A program made the position numbers and the translations under genes. 64,000 nt of DNA from the human T2T-CHM13v2.0 reference genome, Homo sapiens. The number at the start of each line of letters is the position of its first letter. Position 1 is the first letter of the stretch. Below, in pieces: positions 52,921 through 64,000 of the stretch. The stretch lies in assembly GCF_009914755.1 (NCBI RefSeq), contig NC_060926.1. One strand, 5' to 3'. The notes under the pieces are model-generated. The model was not told the DNA's origin, did no database searches, and saw only the letters and a list, made by a program, of their open reading frames with translations.

Positions 52921-55900
52921 TCTAGACAGAAGCATTCTCAGAAGCTTCATTGGGATGTTTCAATTGAAGTCACAGTGTTGAACAGTCCCTTTCATAGAGC
53001 AGGTTTGAAACACTCTTTTTGTAGTATCTGGAAGTGGACATTTGGAGAGATCTCAGGAATACGGTGATAAAGGAAATATCTTCCAATAAAAGCTAGATAG
53101 AAGCAATGTCAGAAACTTTTTCATGATGTATCTACTCAGCTAACAGAGTTGAACCTTTCTTTTGAGAGAGCAGTTTTGAAACACTCTTTTTGTGGAATCT
53201 GCAAGTGGATATTTGTCTAGCTTTGAGGATTTCGTTGGAAACGGGATTACATATAAAAAGCAGACAGCAGCATTCCCAGTAACTTCTTTGTGATGTTTGC
53301 ATTCAAGTCACAGAGTTGAACATTCCCTTTCATAGAGCAGGTTTGAAACACTTTTTTTGTAGTATCTGGATGTGGACATTTGGAGCGCTTTCAGGCCTAT
53401 GGTGAAAAAGGAAATATCTTCCAATAAAAGCTACATAGAAGCAATGTCAGAAACTTTTTCATGATGTATCTACTCAGCTAACAGAGTTGAACCTTTCTTT
53501 TGAGAGAGCAGTTTTGAAACACTCTTTTTGTGGAATCTGGAAGTGGATATTTGTCTAGCTTTGAGGATTTCGTTGGAAACGGGATTACATATAAAAAGCA
53601 GACAGCAGCATTCCCAGTAACTTCTTTGTGATGTTTGCATTCAAGTCACAGAGTTGAACATTCCCTTTCATAGAGCAGGTTTGAAACACTCTTTTTGTAG
53701 TATCTGGATGTGGACATTTGGAGCGCTTTCAGGCCTATGGTGAAAAAGGAAATATCTTCCCCAGAAAACTAGACAGAAGCATTCTCAGAATCTTATTTGT
53801 GATGTGCGCCCTCAACTAACAGTGTTGAAGCTTTCTTTTGATAGAGCAGTTTTGAAACACACTTTTCGTAAAATCTGCAAGAGGATATTTTGATAGCTTT
53901 GAGGATTTCGTTGGAAACGGGATTGTCTTCATATAAACTCTAGACAGAAGCATTCTCAGAAGCTTCATTGGGATGTTTCAATTAAAGTCACAGTGTTGAA
54001 CAGTCCCTTTCATAGAGCAGGTTTGAAACACTCTTTTTGTAGTATCTGGAAGTGGACATTTGGAGCGCTCTCAGGACTGCGGTGAAAAAGGAAATATCTT
54101 CCAATAAAAGCTAGATAGAAGCAATGTCAGAAACTTTTTCATGATGTATCTACTCAGCTAACAGAGTTGAACCTTCCTTTGAGAGAGCAGTTTTGAAACA
54201 CTCTTTTTGTGGAATCTGCAAGTGGATATTTGTCTAGCTTTGAGGATTTCGTTGGAAACGGGTTACATATAAAAAGCAGACAGCAGCATTCCCAGAAACT
54301 TCTTTGTGTTGTTTGCATTCAAGTCACAGAGTTGAACATTCCCTTTCATAGAGCAGGTTTGAAACACTCTTTTTGTAGTATCTGGATGTGGACATTTGCA
54401 GCGCTTTCAGGCCTAAGGTGAAAAAGGAAATATCTTCCCCTGAAAACTAGACAGAAGCATTCTCAGAAACTTATTTGTGATGTGCGCCCTCAACTAACAG
54501 TGTTGAAGCTTTCTTTTGATAGAGCAGTTTTGAAACACTCTTTTTGTAAAATCTGCAAGAGGATATTTGGATAGCTTTGAGGATTTCGTTGGAAACGGGA
54601 TTGTCTTCATATAAACTCTAGACAGAAGCATTCTCAGAAGCTTCATTGGGATGTTTCAATTCAAGTCACAGTGTTGAACAGTCCTTTCATAGAGCAGGTT
54701 TGAAACACTCTTTTTGTAGTATCTGGAAGTGGACATTTGGAACGCTCTCAGGACTGCGGTGAAAAAGGAAATATCTTCCAATAAAAGCTAGATAGAAGCA
54801 ATGTCAGAAACTTTTTCATGATGTATCTACTCAGCTAACAGAGTTGAACCTTCATTTGAGAGAGCAGTTTTGAAACACTCGTTTTGTGGAATCTGCAAGT
54901 GGATATTTGTCTAGCTTTGAGGATTTCGTTGGAAACGGGATTACATATAAAAAGCAGACAGCAGCATTCCCAGAAACTTCTTTGTGATGTTTGCATTCAA
55001 GTCACAGAGTTGAACATTCCCTTTCATAGAGCAGGTTTGAAACACTCTTTTTGTAGTATCTGGATGTGGACATTTGCAGCGCTTTCAGGCCTAAGGTGAA
55101 AAAGGAAATATCTTCCCCTGAAAACTAGACAGAAGCATTCTCAGAAACTTATTTGTGATGTGCGCCCTCAACTAACAGTGTTGAAGCTTTCTTTTGATAG
55201 AGCAGTTTTGAAACACACTTTTTGTAATATCTGCAAGAGGATATTTGGATAGCTTTGAGGATTTCGTTGGAAACGGGATTAATTATAAAAAGCAGACAGC
55301 AGCATTCCCAGAATCTTGTTTGTGATGTTTGCATTCAAGTCACAGAGTTGAACATTCCCTTTCAGAGAGCAGGTTTGAAACACTCTTTTTATAGTATCTG
55401 GATGTGGACATTTGGAGCGCTTTCAGGCCTATGGTGAAAAAGGAAATATCTTCTCCTGAAAACTAGACAGAAGCATTCTCAGAATCTTATTGGTGATGTG
55501 CGCCCTCAACTAACAGTGTTGAAGCTTTCTTTTGATAGAGCAGTTTTGAAACACTCTTTTCGTAAAATCTGCAAGAGGATATTTGGATAGCTTTGAGGAT
55601 TTCGTTGGAAACGGGATTGTCTTCATATAAACTCTAGACAGAAGCATTCTCAGAAGCTTCATTGGGATGTTTCAATTGAAGTCACAGTGTTGAAGAGTCC
55701 CTTTCATAGAGCAGGTTTGAAACACTCTTTTTGTAGTATCTGGAAGTGGACATTAGGAACGCTCTCAGGACTGCGTTGAAAAAGGAAATATCTTCCAATA
55801 AAAGCTAGATAGAAGCAATGTCAGAAACTTTTTCATGATGTATCTACTCAGCTAACAGAGTTGAACCTTCATTTGAGAGAGCAGTTTTGAAACACTCGTT

Positions 55901-58900
55901 TTGTGGAATCTGCAAGTGGATATTTGTCTAGCTTTGAGGATTTCGTTGGAAACGGGATTACATATAAAAAGCAGACAGCAGCATTCCCAGAAACTTCTTT
56001 GTGATGTTTGCATTCAAGTCACAGAGTTGAACATTCCCTTTCATAGAGCAGGTTTGAAACACTCTTTTTGTAGTATCTGGATGTGGACATTTGCAGCGCT
56101 TTCAGGCATAAGGTGAAAAAGGAAATATCTTCCCCTGAAAACTAGACAGAAGCATTCTCAGAAACTTATTTGTGATGTGCGCCCTCAACTAACAGTGGTG
56201 AGGCTTTCTTTTGATAGAGCAGTTTTGAAACACTCTTTTTGTAATATCTGCAAGAGGATATTTGGATAGCTTTGAGGATTTCGTTGGAAACGGGATTGTC
56301 TTCATATAAACTCCAGACAGAAGCATTCCCAGAAGCTTCATTGGGATGTTTCAATTGAAGTCACAGTGTTGAACAGTTCCTTTCATAGAACAGGTTTGAA
56401 ACACTCTTTTTGTAGTATCTGGAAGTGGACATTTGGAGCGCTCTCAGGACTATGGTGAAAAAGGAAATATCTTCCAATAAAAGCTACATAGAAGCAATGT
56501 CAGAAACTTTTTCATGATGTATCTACTCAGCTAACAGAGTTGCACCTTTCCTTTGAGAGAGCAGTTTTGAAACACTCTTTTTGTGGAATCTGCAAGTGGA
56601 TATTTGTCGAGCTTTGAGGATTTCGTTGGAAACAGGATTACATATAAAAAGCAGACAGCAGCATTCCCAGTAACTTCTTTGTGATGTTTGCATTCAAGTC
56701 ACAGAGTTGAACATTCCCTTTCATAGAGCAGGTTTGAAACACTCTTTTTGTAGTATCTGGATGTGGACATTTGGAGCGCTTTCAGGCCTATGGTGAAAAA
56801 GGAAATATCTTCCCCTGAAAACTAGACAGAAGCATTCTCAGAAACTTATTTGTGATGTGCGCCCTCAACTAACAGTGTTGAACCTTTCTTTTGATAGAGC
56901 AGTTTTGAAACACTCTTTTTGTAATATCTGCAAGAGGATATTTGGATAGCTTTGAGGATTTCGTTGGAAACGGGATTACATATAAAAAGCAGACAGCAGC
57001 ATTCCCAGAAACTTCTTTGTGATGTTTGCATTCAAGTCACAGAGTTGAACATTCCCTTTCAGAGAGCAGGTTTGAAACACTCTTTTTATAGTATCTGGAT
57101 GTGGACATTTGGAGCGCTTTCAGGCCTATGGTGAAAAAGGAAATATGTTCTCCTGTAAACTAGACAGAAGCATTCTCAGAATCTTATTTGTGATGTGCGC
57201 CCTCAACTAACAGTGTTGAAGGTTTCTTTTGATAGAGCAGTTTTGAAACACTCTTTTCGTAAAATCTGCAAGAGGATATTTTGATAGCTTTGAGGATTTC
57301 GTTGGAAACGGGATTGTCTTCATATAAACTCTAGACAGAAGCATTCTCAGAAGCTTCATTGGGATGTTTCAATTGAAGTCACAGTGTTGAACAGTCCCTT
57401 TCATAGAGCAGGTTTGAAACACTCTTTTTGTAGTATCTGGAAGTGGACATTAGGAGAGATCTCAGGAATACGGTGATAAAGGAAATATCTTCCAATAAAA
57501 GCTAGATAGAAGCAATGTCAGAAACTTTTTCATGATGTATCTACTCAGCTAACAGAGTTGAACCTTTCTTTTGAGAGAGCAGTTTTGAAACACTCTTTTT
57601 GTGGAATCTGCAAGTGGATATTTGTCTAGCTTTGAGGATTTCATTGGAAACGGGATTACATTTAAAAAGCAGACAGCAGCATTCCCAGTAACTTCTTTGT
57701 GATGTTTGCATTCAAGTCACAGAGTTGAACATTCCCTTTCATAGAGCAGGTTTGAAACACTTTTTTTGTAGTATCTGGATGTGGACATTTGGAGCGCTTT
57801 CAGGCCTATGGTGAAAAAGGAAATATCTTCCAATAAAAGCTACATAGAAGCAATGTCAGAAACTTTTTCATGATATATCTACTCAGCTAACAGAGTTGAA
57901 CCTTTCTTTTGAGAAAGCAGTTTTGAAACACTCTTTTTGTGGAATCTGCAAGTGGATATTTGTCTAGCTTTGAGGATTTCGTTGGAAACGGGATTACATA
58001 TAAAAAGCAGACAGCAGCATTCCCAGTAACTTCTTTGTGATGTTTGCATTCAAGTCACAGAGTTGAACATTCCCTTTCATAGAGCAGGTTTGAAACACTC
58101 TTTTTGTAGTATCTGGATGTGGACATTTGGAGCGCTTTCAGGCCTATGGTGAAAAAGGAAATATCTTCCCCAGAAAACTAGACAGAAGCATTCTCAGAAT
58201 CTTATTTGTGATGTGCGCCCTCAACTAACAGTGTTGAAGCTTTCTTTTGATAGAGCAGTTTTGAAACACACTTTTCGTAAAATCTGCAAGAGGATATTTT
58301 GATAGCTTTGAGGATTTCGTTGGAAACGGGATTGTCTTCATATAAACTCTAGACAGAAGCATTCTCAGAAGCTTCATTGGGATGTTTCAATTGAAGTCAC
58401 AGTGTTGAACAGTCCCTTTCATAGAGCAGGTTTGAAACACTCTTTTTGTAGTATCTGGAAGTGGACATTTGGAGAGATCTCAGGAATACGGTGATAAAGG
58501 AAATATCTTCCAATAAAAGCTAGATAGAAGCAATGTCAGAAACTTTTTCATGATGTATCTACTCAGCTAACAGAGTTGAACCTTTCTTTTGAGAGAGCAG
58601 TTTTGAAACACTCTTTTTGTGGAATCTGCAAGTGGATATTTGTCTAGCTTTGAGGATTTCGTTGGAAACGGGATTACATATAAAAAGCAGACAGCAGCAT
58701 TCCCAGAAACTTCTTTGTGATGTTTGCATTCAAGTCACAGAGTTGAACATTCCCTTTCATAGAGCAGGTTTGAAACACTCTTTTTGTAGTATCTGGATGT
58801 GGACATTTGGAGCGCTTTCAGGCCTATGGTGAAAAAGGAAATATCTTCCCCTGAAAACTAGACAGAAGCATTCTCAGAAACTTATTTGTGATGTGCGCCC

Positions 58901-61900
58901 TCAACTAACAGTGTTGAAGCTTTCTTTTGATAGAGCAGTTTTGAAACACTCTTTTTGTAATATCTGCAAGAGGATATTTGGATAGCTTTGAGGATTTCGT
59001 TGGAAACGGGATTGTCTTCATATAAACTCTAGACAGAAGCATTCTGAGAAGCTTCATTGGGATGTTTCAATTGAAGTCACAGTGTTGAACAGTTCCTTTC
59101 ATAGAACAGGTTTGAAACACTCTTTTTGTAGTATCTGGAAGTGGACATTTGGAGCGCTCTCAGGACTGCGGTGAAAAAGGAAATATCTTCCAATAAAAGC
59201 TACATAGAAGCAATGTCAGAAACTTTTTCATGATGTATCTACTCAGCTAACAGAGTTGAACCTTTCCTTTCAGAGAGCAGTTTTGAAACACTCTTTTTGT
59301 GGAATCTGCAAGTGGATATTTGTCTAGCTTTGAGGATTTCGTTGGAAACGGGATTACATATAAAAAGCAGACAGCAGCATTCCCAGAAACTTCTTTGTGA
59401 TGTTTGCATTCACGTCACAGAGTTGAACATTCCCTTTCATAGAGCAGGTTTGAAACACTCTTTTTGTAGTATCTGGATGTGGACATTTGGAGCGCTTTCA
59501 GGCCTATGGTGAAAAAGGAAATATCTTCCAATAAAAGCTACATAGAAGCAATGTCAGAAACTTTTTCATGATGTATCTACTCAGCTAACAGAGTTGAACC
59601 TTTCTTTTGAGAGAGCAGTTTTGAAACACTCTTTTTGTGGAATCTGGAAGTGGATATTTGTCTAGCTTTGAGGATTTCGTTGGAAACGGGATTACATATA
59701 AAAAGCAGACAGCAGCATTCCCAGTAACTTCTTTGTGATGTTTGCATTCAAGTCACAGAGTTGAACATTCCCTTTCATAGAGCAGGTTTGAAACACTCTT
59801 TTTGTAGTATCTGGATGTGGACATTTGGAGCGCTTTCAGGCCTATGGTGAAAAAGGAAATATCTTCCCCAGAAAACTAGACAGAAGCATTCTCAGAATCT
59901 TATTTGTGATGTGCGCCCTCAACTAACAGTGTTGAAGCTTTCTTTTGATAGAGCAGTTTTGAAACACTCTTTTCGTAAAATCTGCAAGAGGATATTTTGA
60001 TAGCTTTGAGGATTTCGTTGGAAACGGGATTGTCTTCATATAAACTCTAGACAGAAGCATTCTCAGAAGCTTCATTGGGATGTTTCAATTAAAGTCACAG
60101 TGTTGAACAGTCCCTTTCATAGAGCAGGTTAGAAACACTCTTTTTGTAGTATCTGGAAGTGGACATTTGGAGCGCTCTCAGGACTGCGGTGAAAAAGGAA
60201 ATATCTTCCAATAAAAGCTAGATAGAAGCAATGTCAGAAACTTTTTCATGATGTATCTACTCAGCTAACAGAGTTGAACCTTCCTTTGAGAGAGCAGTTT
60301 TGAAACACTCTTTTTGTGGAATCTGCAAGTGGATATTTGTCTAGCTTTGAGGATTTTGTTGGAAACGGGTTACATATAAAAAGCAGACAGCAGCATTCCC
60401 AGAAACTTCTTTGTGTTGTTTGCATTCAAGTCACAGAGTTGAACATTCCCTTTCATAGAGCAGGTTTGAAACACTCTTTTTGTAGTATCTGGATGTGGAC
60501 ATTTGCAGCGCTTTCAGGCCTAAGGTGAAAAAGGAAATATCTTCCCCTGAAAACTAGACAGAAGCATTCTCAGAAACTTATTTGTGATGTGCGCCCTCAA
60601 CTAACAGTGTTGAAGCTTTCTTTTGATAGAGCAGTTTTGAAACACTCTTTTTGTAAAATCTGCAAGAGGATATTTGGATAGCTTTGAGGATTTCGTTGGA
60701 AACGGGATTGTCTTCATATAAACTCTAGACAGAAGCATTCTCAGAAGCTTCATTGGGATGTTTCAATTGAAGTCACAGTGTTGAACAGTCCCTTTCATAG
60801 AGCAGGTTTGAAACACTCTTTTTGTAGTATCTGGAAGTGGACATTAGGAACGCTCTCAGGACTGCGTTGAAAAAGGAAATATCTTCCAATAAAAGCTAGA
60901 TAGAAGCAATGTCAGAAACTTTTTCATGATGTATCTACTCAGCTAACAGAGTTGAACCTTCTTTTGAGAGAGCAGTTTTGAAACACTCGTTTTGTGGAAT
61001 CTGCAAGTGGATATTTGTCTAGCTTTGAGGATTTCGTTGGAAACGGGATTACATATAAAAAGCAGACAGCAGCATTCCCAGAAACTTCTTTGTGATGTTT
61101 GCATTCAAGTCACAGAGTTGAACATTCCCTTTCATAGAGCAGGTTTGAAACACTCTTTTTGTAGTATCTGGATGTGGACATTTGCAGCGCTTTCAGGCAT
61201 AAGGTGAAAAAGGAAATATCTTCCCCTGAAAACTAGACAGAAGCATTCTCAGAAACTTATTTGTGATGTGCGCCCTCAACTAACAGTGTTGAAGCTTTCT
61301 TTTGATAGAGCAGTTTTGAAACACTCTTTTTGTAATATCTGCAAGAGGATATTTGGATAGCTTTGAGGATTTCGTTGGAAACGGGATTGTCTTCATATAA
61401 ACTCTAGACAGAAGCATTCCCAGAAGATTCATTGGGATGTTTCAATTGAAGTCACAGTGTTGAACAGTTCCTTTCATAGAACAGGTTTGAAACACTCTTT
61501 TTGTAGTATCTGGAAGTGGACATTTGGAGCGCTCTCAGGACTGCGGTGAAAAAGGAAATATCTTCCAATAAAAGCTACATAGAAGCAATGTCAGGAACTT
61601 TTTCATGATGTATCTACTCAGCTAACAGAGTTGAACCTTCCTTTGAGAGAGCAGTTTTGAAACACTCTTTTTGTGGAATCTGCAAGTGGATATTTGTCTA
61701 GCTTTGAGGATTTCGTTGGAAACGGGTTACATATAAAAAGCAGACAGCAGCATTCCCAGAAACTTCTTTGTGTTGTTTGCATTCAAGTCACAGAGTTGAA
61801 CATTCCCTTTCATAGAGCAGGTTTGAAACACTCTTTTTGTAGTATCTGGATGTGGACATTTGGAGCGCTTTCAGGCCTAAGGTGAAAAAGGAAATATCTT

Positions 61901-64000
61901 CCCCTGAAAACTAGACAGAAGCATTCTCAGAAACTTATTTGTGATGTGCGCCCTCAACTAACAGTGTTGAAGCTTTCTTTTGATAGAGCAGTTTTGAAAC
62001 ACTCTTTTTGTAATATCTGCAAGAGGATATTTGGATAGCTTTGAGGATTTCGTTGGAAACGGGATTAATTATAAAAAGCAGACAGCATCATTCCCAGAAT
62101 CTTGTTTGTGATGTTTGCATTCAAGTAACAGATTTGAACATTCCCTTTCAGAGAGCAGGTTTGAAACACTCTTTTTATAGTATCTGGATGTGGACATTTG
62201 GAGCGCTTTCAGGCCTATGGTGAAAAAGGAAATATCTTCTCCTGAAAACTAGACAGAAGCATTCTCAGAATCTTATTTGTGATGTGCGCCCTCAACTAAC
62301 AGTGTTGAAGCTTTCTTTTGATAGAGCAGTTTTGAAACACTCTTTTCGTAAAATCTGCAAGAGGATATTTGGATAGCTTTGAGGATTTCGTTGGAAACGG
62401 GATTGTCTTCATATAAACTCTAGACAGAAGCATTCTCAGAAGCTTCATTGGGATGTTTCAATTGAAGTCACAGTGTTGAACAGTCCCTTTCATAGAGCAG
62501 GTTTGAAACACTCTTTTTGTAGTATCTGGAAGTGGACATTTGGAACGCTCTCAGGACTGCGTTGAAAAAGGAAATATCTTCCAATAAAAGCTAGATAGAA
62601 GCAATGTCAGAAACTTTTTCATGATGTATCTACTCAGCTAACAGAGTTGAACCTTCCTTTGAGAGAGCAGTTTTGAAACACTCTTTTTGTGGAATCTGCA
62701 AGTGGATATTTGTCTAGCTTTGAGGATTTCGTTGGAAACGGGATTACATATAAAAAGCAGACAGCAGCATTCCCAGAAACTTCTTTGTGTTGTTTGCATT
62801 CAAGTCACAGAGTTGAACATTCCCTTTCATAGAGCAGGTTTGAAACACTCTTTTTGTAGTATCTGGATGTGGACATTTGCAGCGCTTTCAGGCCTAAGGT
62901 GAAAAAGGAAATATCTTCCCCTGAAAACTAGACAGAAGCATTCTCAGAAACTTATTTGTGATGTGCGCCCTCAACTAACAGTGTTGAAGCTTTCTTTTGA
63001 TAGAGCAGTTTTGAAACACTCTTTTTGTAATATCTGCAAGAGGATATTTGGATAGCTTTGAGGAATTCGTTGGAAACGGGATTGTCTTCATATAAACTCT
63101 AGACAGAAGCATTCTCAGAAGCTTCATTGGGATGTTTCAATTGAAGTTGCAGTGTTGAACAGTCCCTTTCATAGAGCAGGTTTGAAACACTCTTTTTGTA
63201 GTATCTGGATGTGGACATTTGGAGCGCTTTCAGGCCTATGGTTTAAAAGGAAATATCTTCCCCTGAAAACTAGACAGAAGCATTCTCAGAAACTTATTTG
63301 TGATGTGCGCCCTCAACTAAGAGTGTTGAAGCATTCTTTTGATAGAGCAGTTTTGAAACACTCTTTTTGTGGAATCTGCAAGTGGATATTTGTCTAGCTT
63401 TGAGGATTTCGTTGGAAACGGGATTACATATAAAAAGCAGACAGCAGCATTCCCAGAAACTTCTTTGTGATGTTTGCATTCACGTCACAGAGTTGAACAT
63501 TCCCTTTCATAGAGCAGGTTTGAAACACTCTTTTTGTAGTATCTGGATGTGGACATTTGGAGCGCTTTCAGGCCTATGGTGAAAAAGGAAATATCTTCCC
63601 CTGAAAACTAGACAGAAGCATTCTCAGAAACTTATTTGTGATGTGCGCCCTCAACTAACAGTGTTGAAGCTTTCTTTTGATAGAGCAGTTTTGAAACACT
63701 CTTTTTGTAATATCTGCAAGAGGATATTTGTCTAGCTTTGAGGATTTCGTTGGAAACGGGATTACATATAAAAAGCAGACAGCAGCATTCCCAGAATCTT
63801 GTTTGTGATGTTTGCATTCAAGTCACAGAGTTGAACATTCCCTTTCAGAGAGCAGGTTTGAAACACTCTTTTTATAGTATCTGGATGTGGACATTTGGAG
63901 CGCTTTCAGGCCTATGGTGAAAAAGGAAATATCTTCTCCTGAAAACTAGACAGAAGCATTCTCAGAATCTTATTTGTGATGTGCGCCCTCAACTAACAGT

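Larger units (their letters stand above)
1..64000 (+). repeat. Centromeric alpha-satellite higher-order-repeat array (dimeric SF2 type, homogeneous, CENP-B-box rich)
   Basis: Continuous head-to-tail 166-171-bp monomers with alphoid consensus motifs (CATTCTCAGAAACTT..TGTGATGT, GAGCAG[G/T]TTTGAAACACTCTTTTTGT). A CENP-B box occurs about every 340 bp. Same orientation throughout. Confidence 0.99.
1..64000 (+). repeat. D2Z1: Probable human chromosome 2 active array D2Z1 (basic 4-mer, ~680 bp, XbaI periodicity)
   Basis: Only four monomer types, a 678-680-bp basic unit with one TCTAGA, and a CENP-B box in every second monomer. This matches what is known of the D2Z1 4-mer. Related SF2 arrays (chr18, chr20) or a great-ape orthologue cannot be excluded without alignment. 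Confidence 0.75.

Noticed and set aside
359-63920. Repeated 60-81 aa ORFs on both strands (MWNLQVDICLALRISLETG..., MQTSQTRFWECCC...)
   Set aside because: These are chance open frames of the satellite unit. They mostly rely on TTG/GTG starts and toggle with single SNPs (CAGAAA vs CAGTAA). There is no gene structure or recognisable protein family.
1-64000. CRISPR-like array or other novel repeat-spacer system
   Set aside because: There are no unique spacers, since the entire unit repeats, and no associated genes. The sequence is a recognisable alphoid satellite.
1-64000. Mobile element insertion, inversion or array edge
   Set aside because: I saw no non-alphoid sequence, poly(A) tail, strand switch or diverged monomeric layer. 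The unit spacings account for the full length.

Overview
The whole 64 kb window is one uninterrupted, single-orientation tandem array of ~170-bp primate alpha-satellite (about 377 monomers). I found no genes, RNA genes, transposon insertions or inversions. CENP-B-box monomers (TTTCGTTGGAAACGGGA) alternate strictly with pJalpha-type monomers, as in a dimeric suprachromosomal family. Only four monomer types (called A, B, C, D here) and their hybrids occur, giving a basic 4-mer higher-order repeat (HOR) of 678-680 bp with one XbaI site. This best fits human chromosome 2 D2Z1 (SF2), an assignment made from memory and not by a search. All listed ORFs are satellite artefacts, and I see no novel protein or RNA system. 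The interest lies in array architecture. By manual count of 71 units there are 41 six-mers, 26 four-mers, 2 two-mers and 2 eight-mers. A 21.4-kb domain consists only of 6-mers of two different structures but equal length, organised into a nested 7126-bp (42-monomer) super-repeat that has amplified a broken CENP-B box. There is also a permuted 4-mer built entirely from hybrid monomers, and several dispersed multi-kb block duplications.
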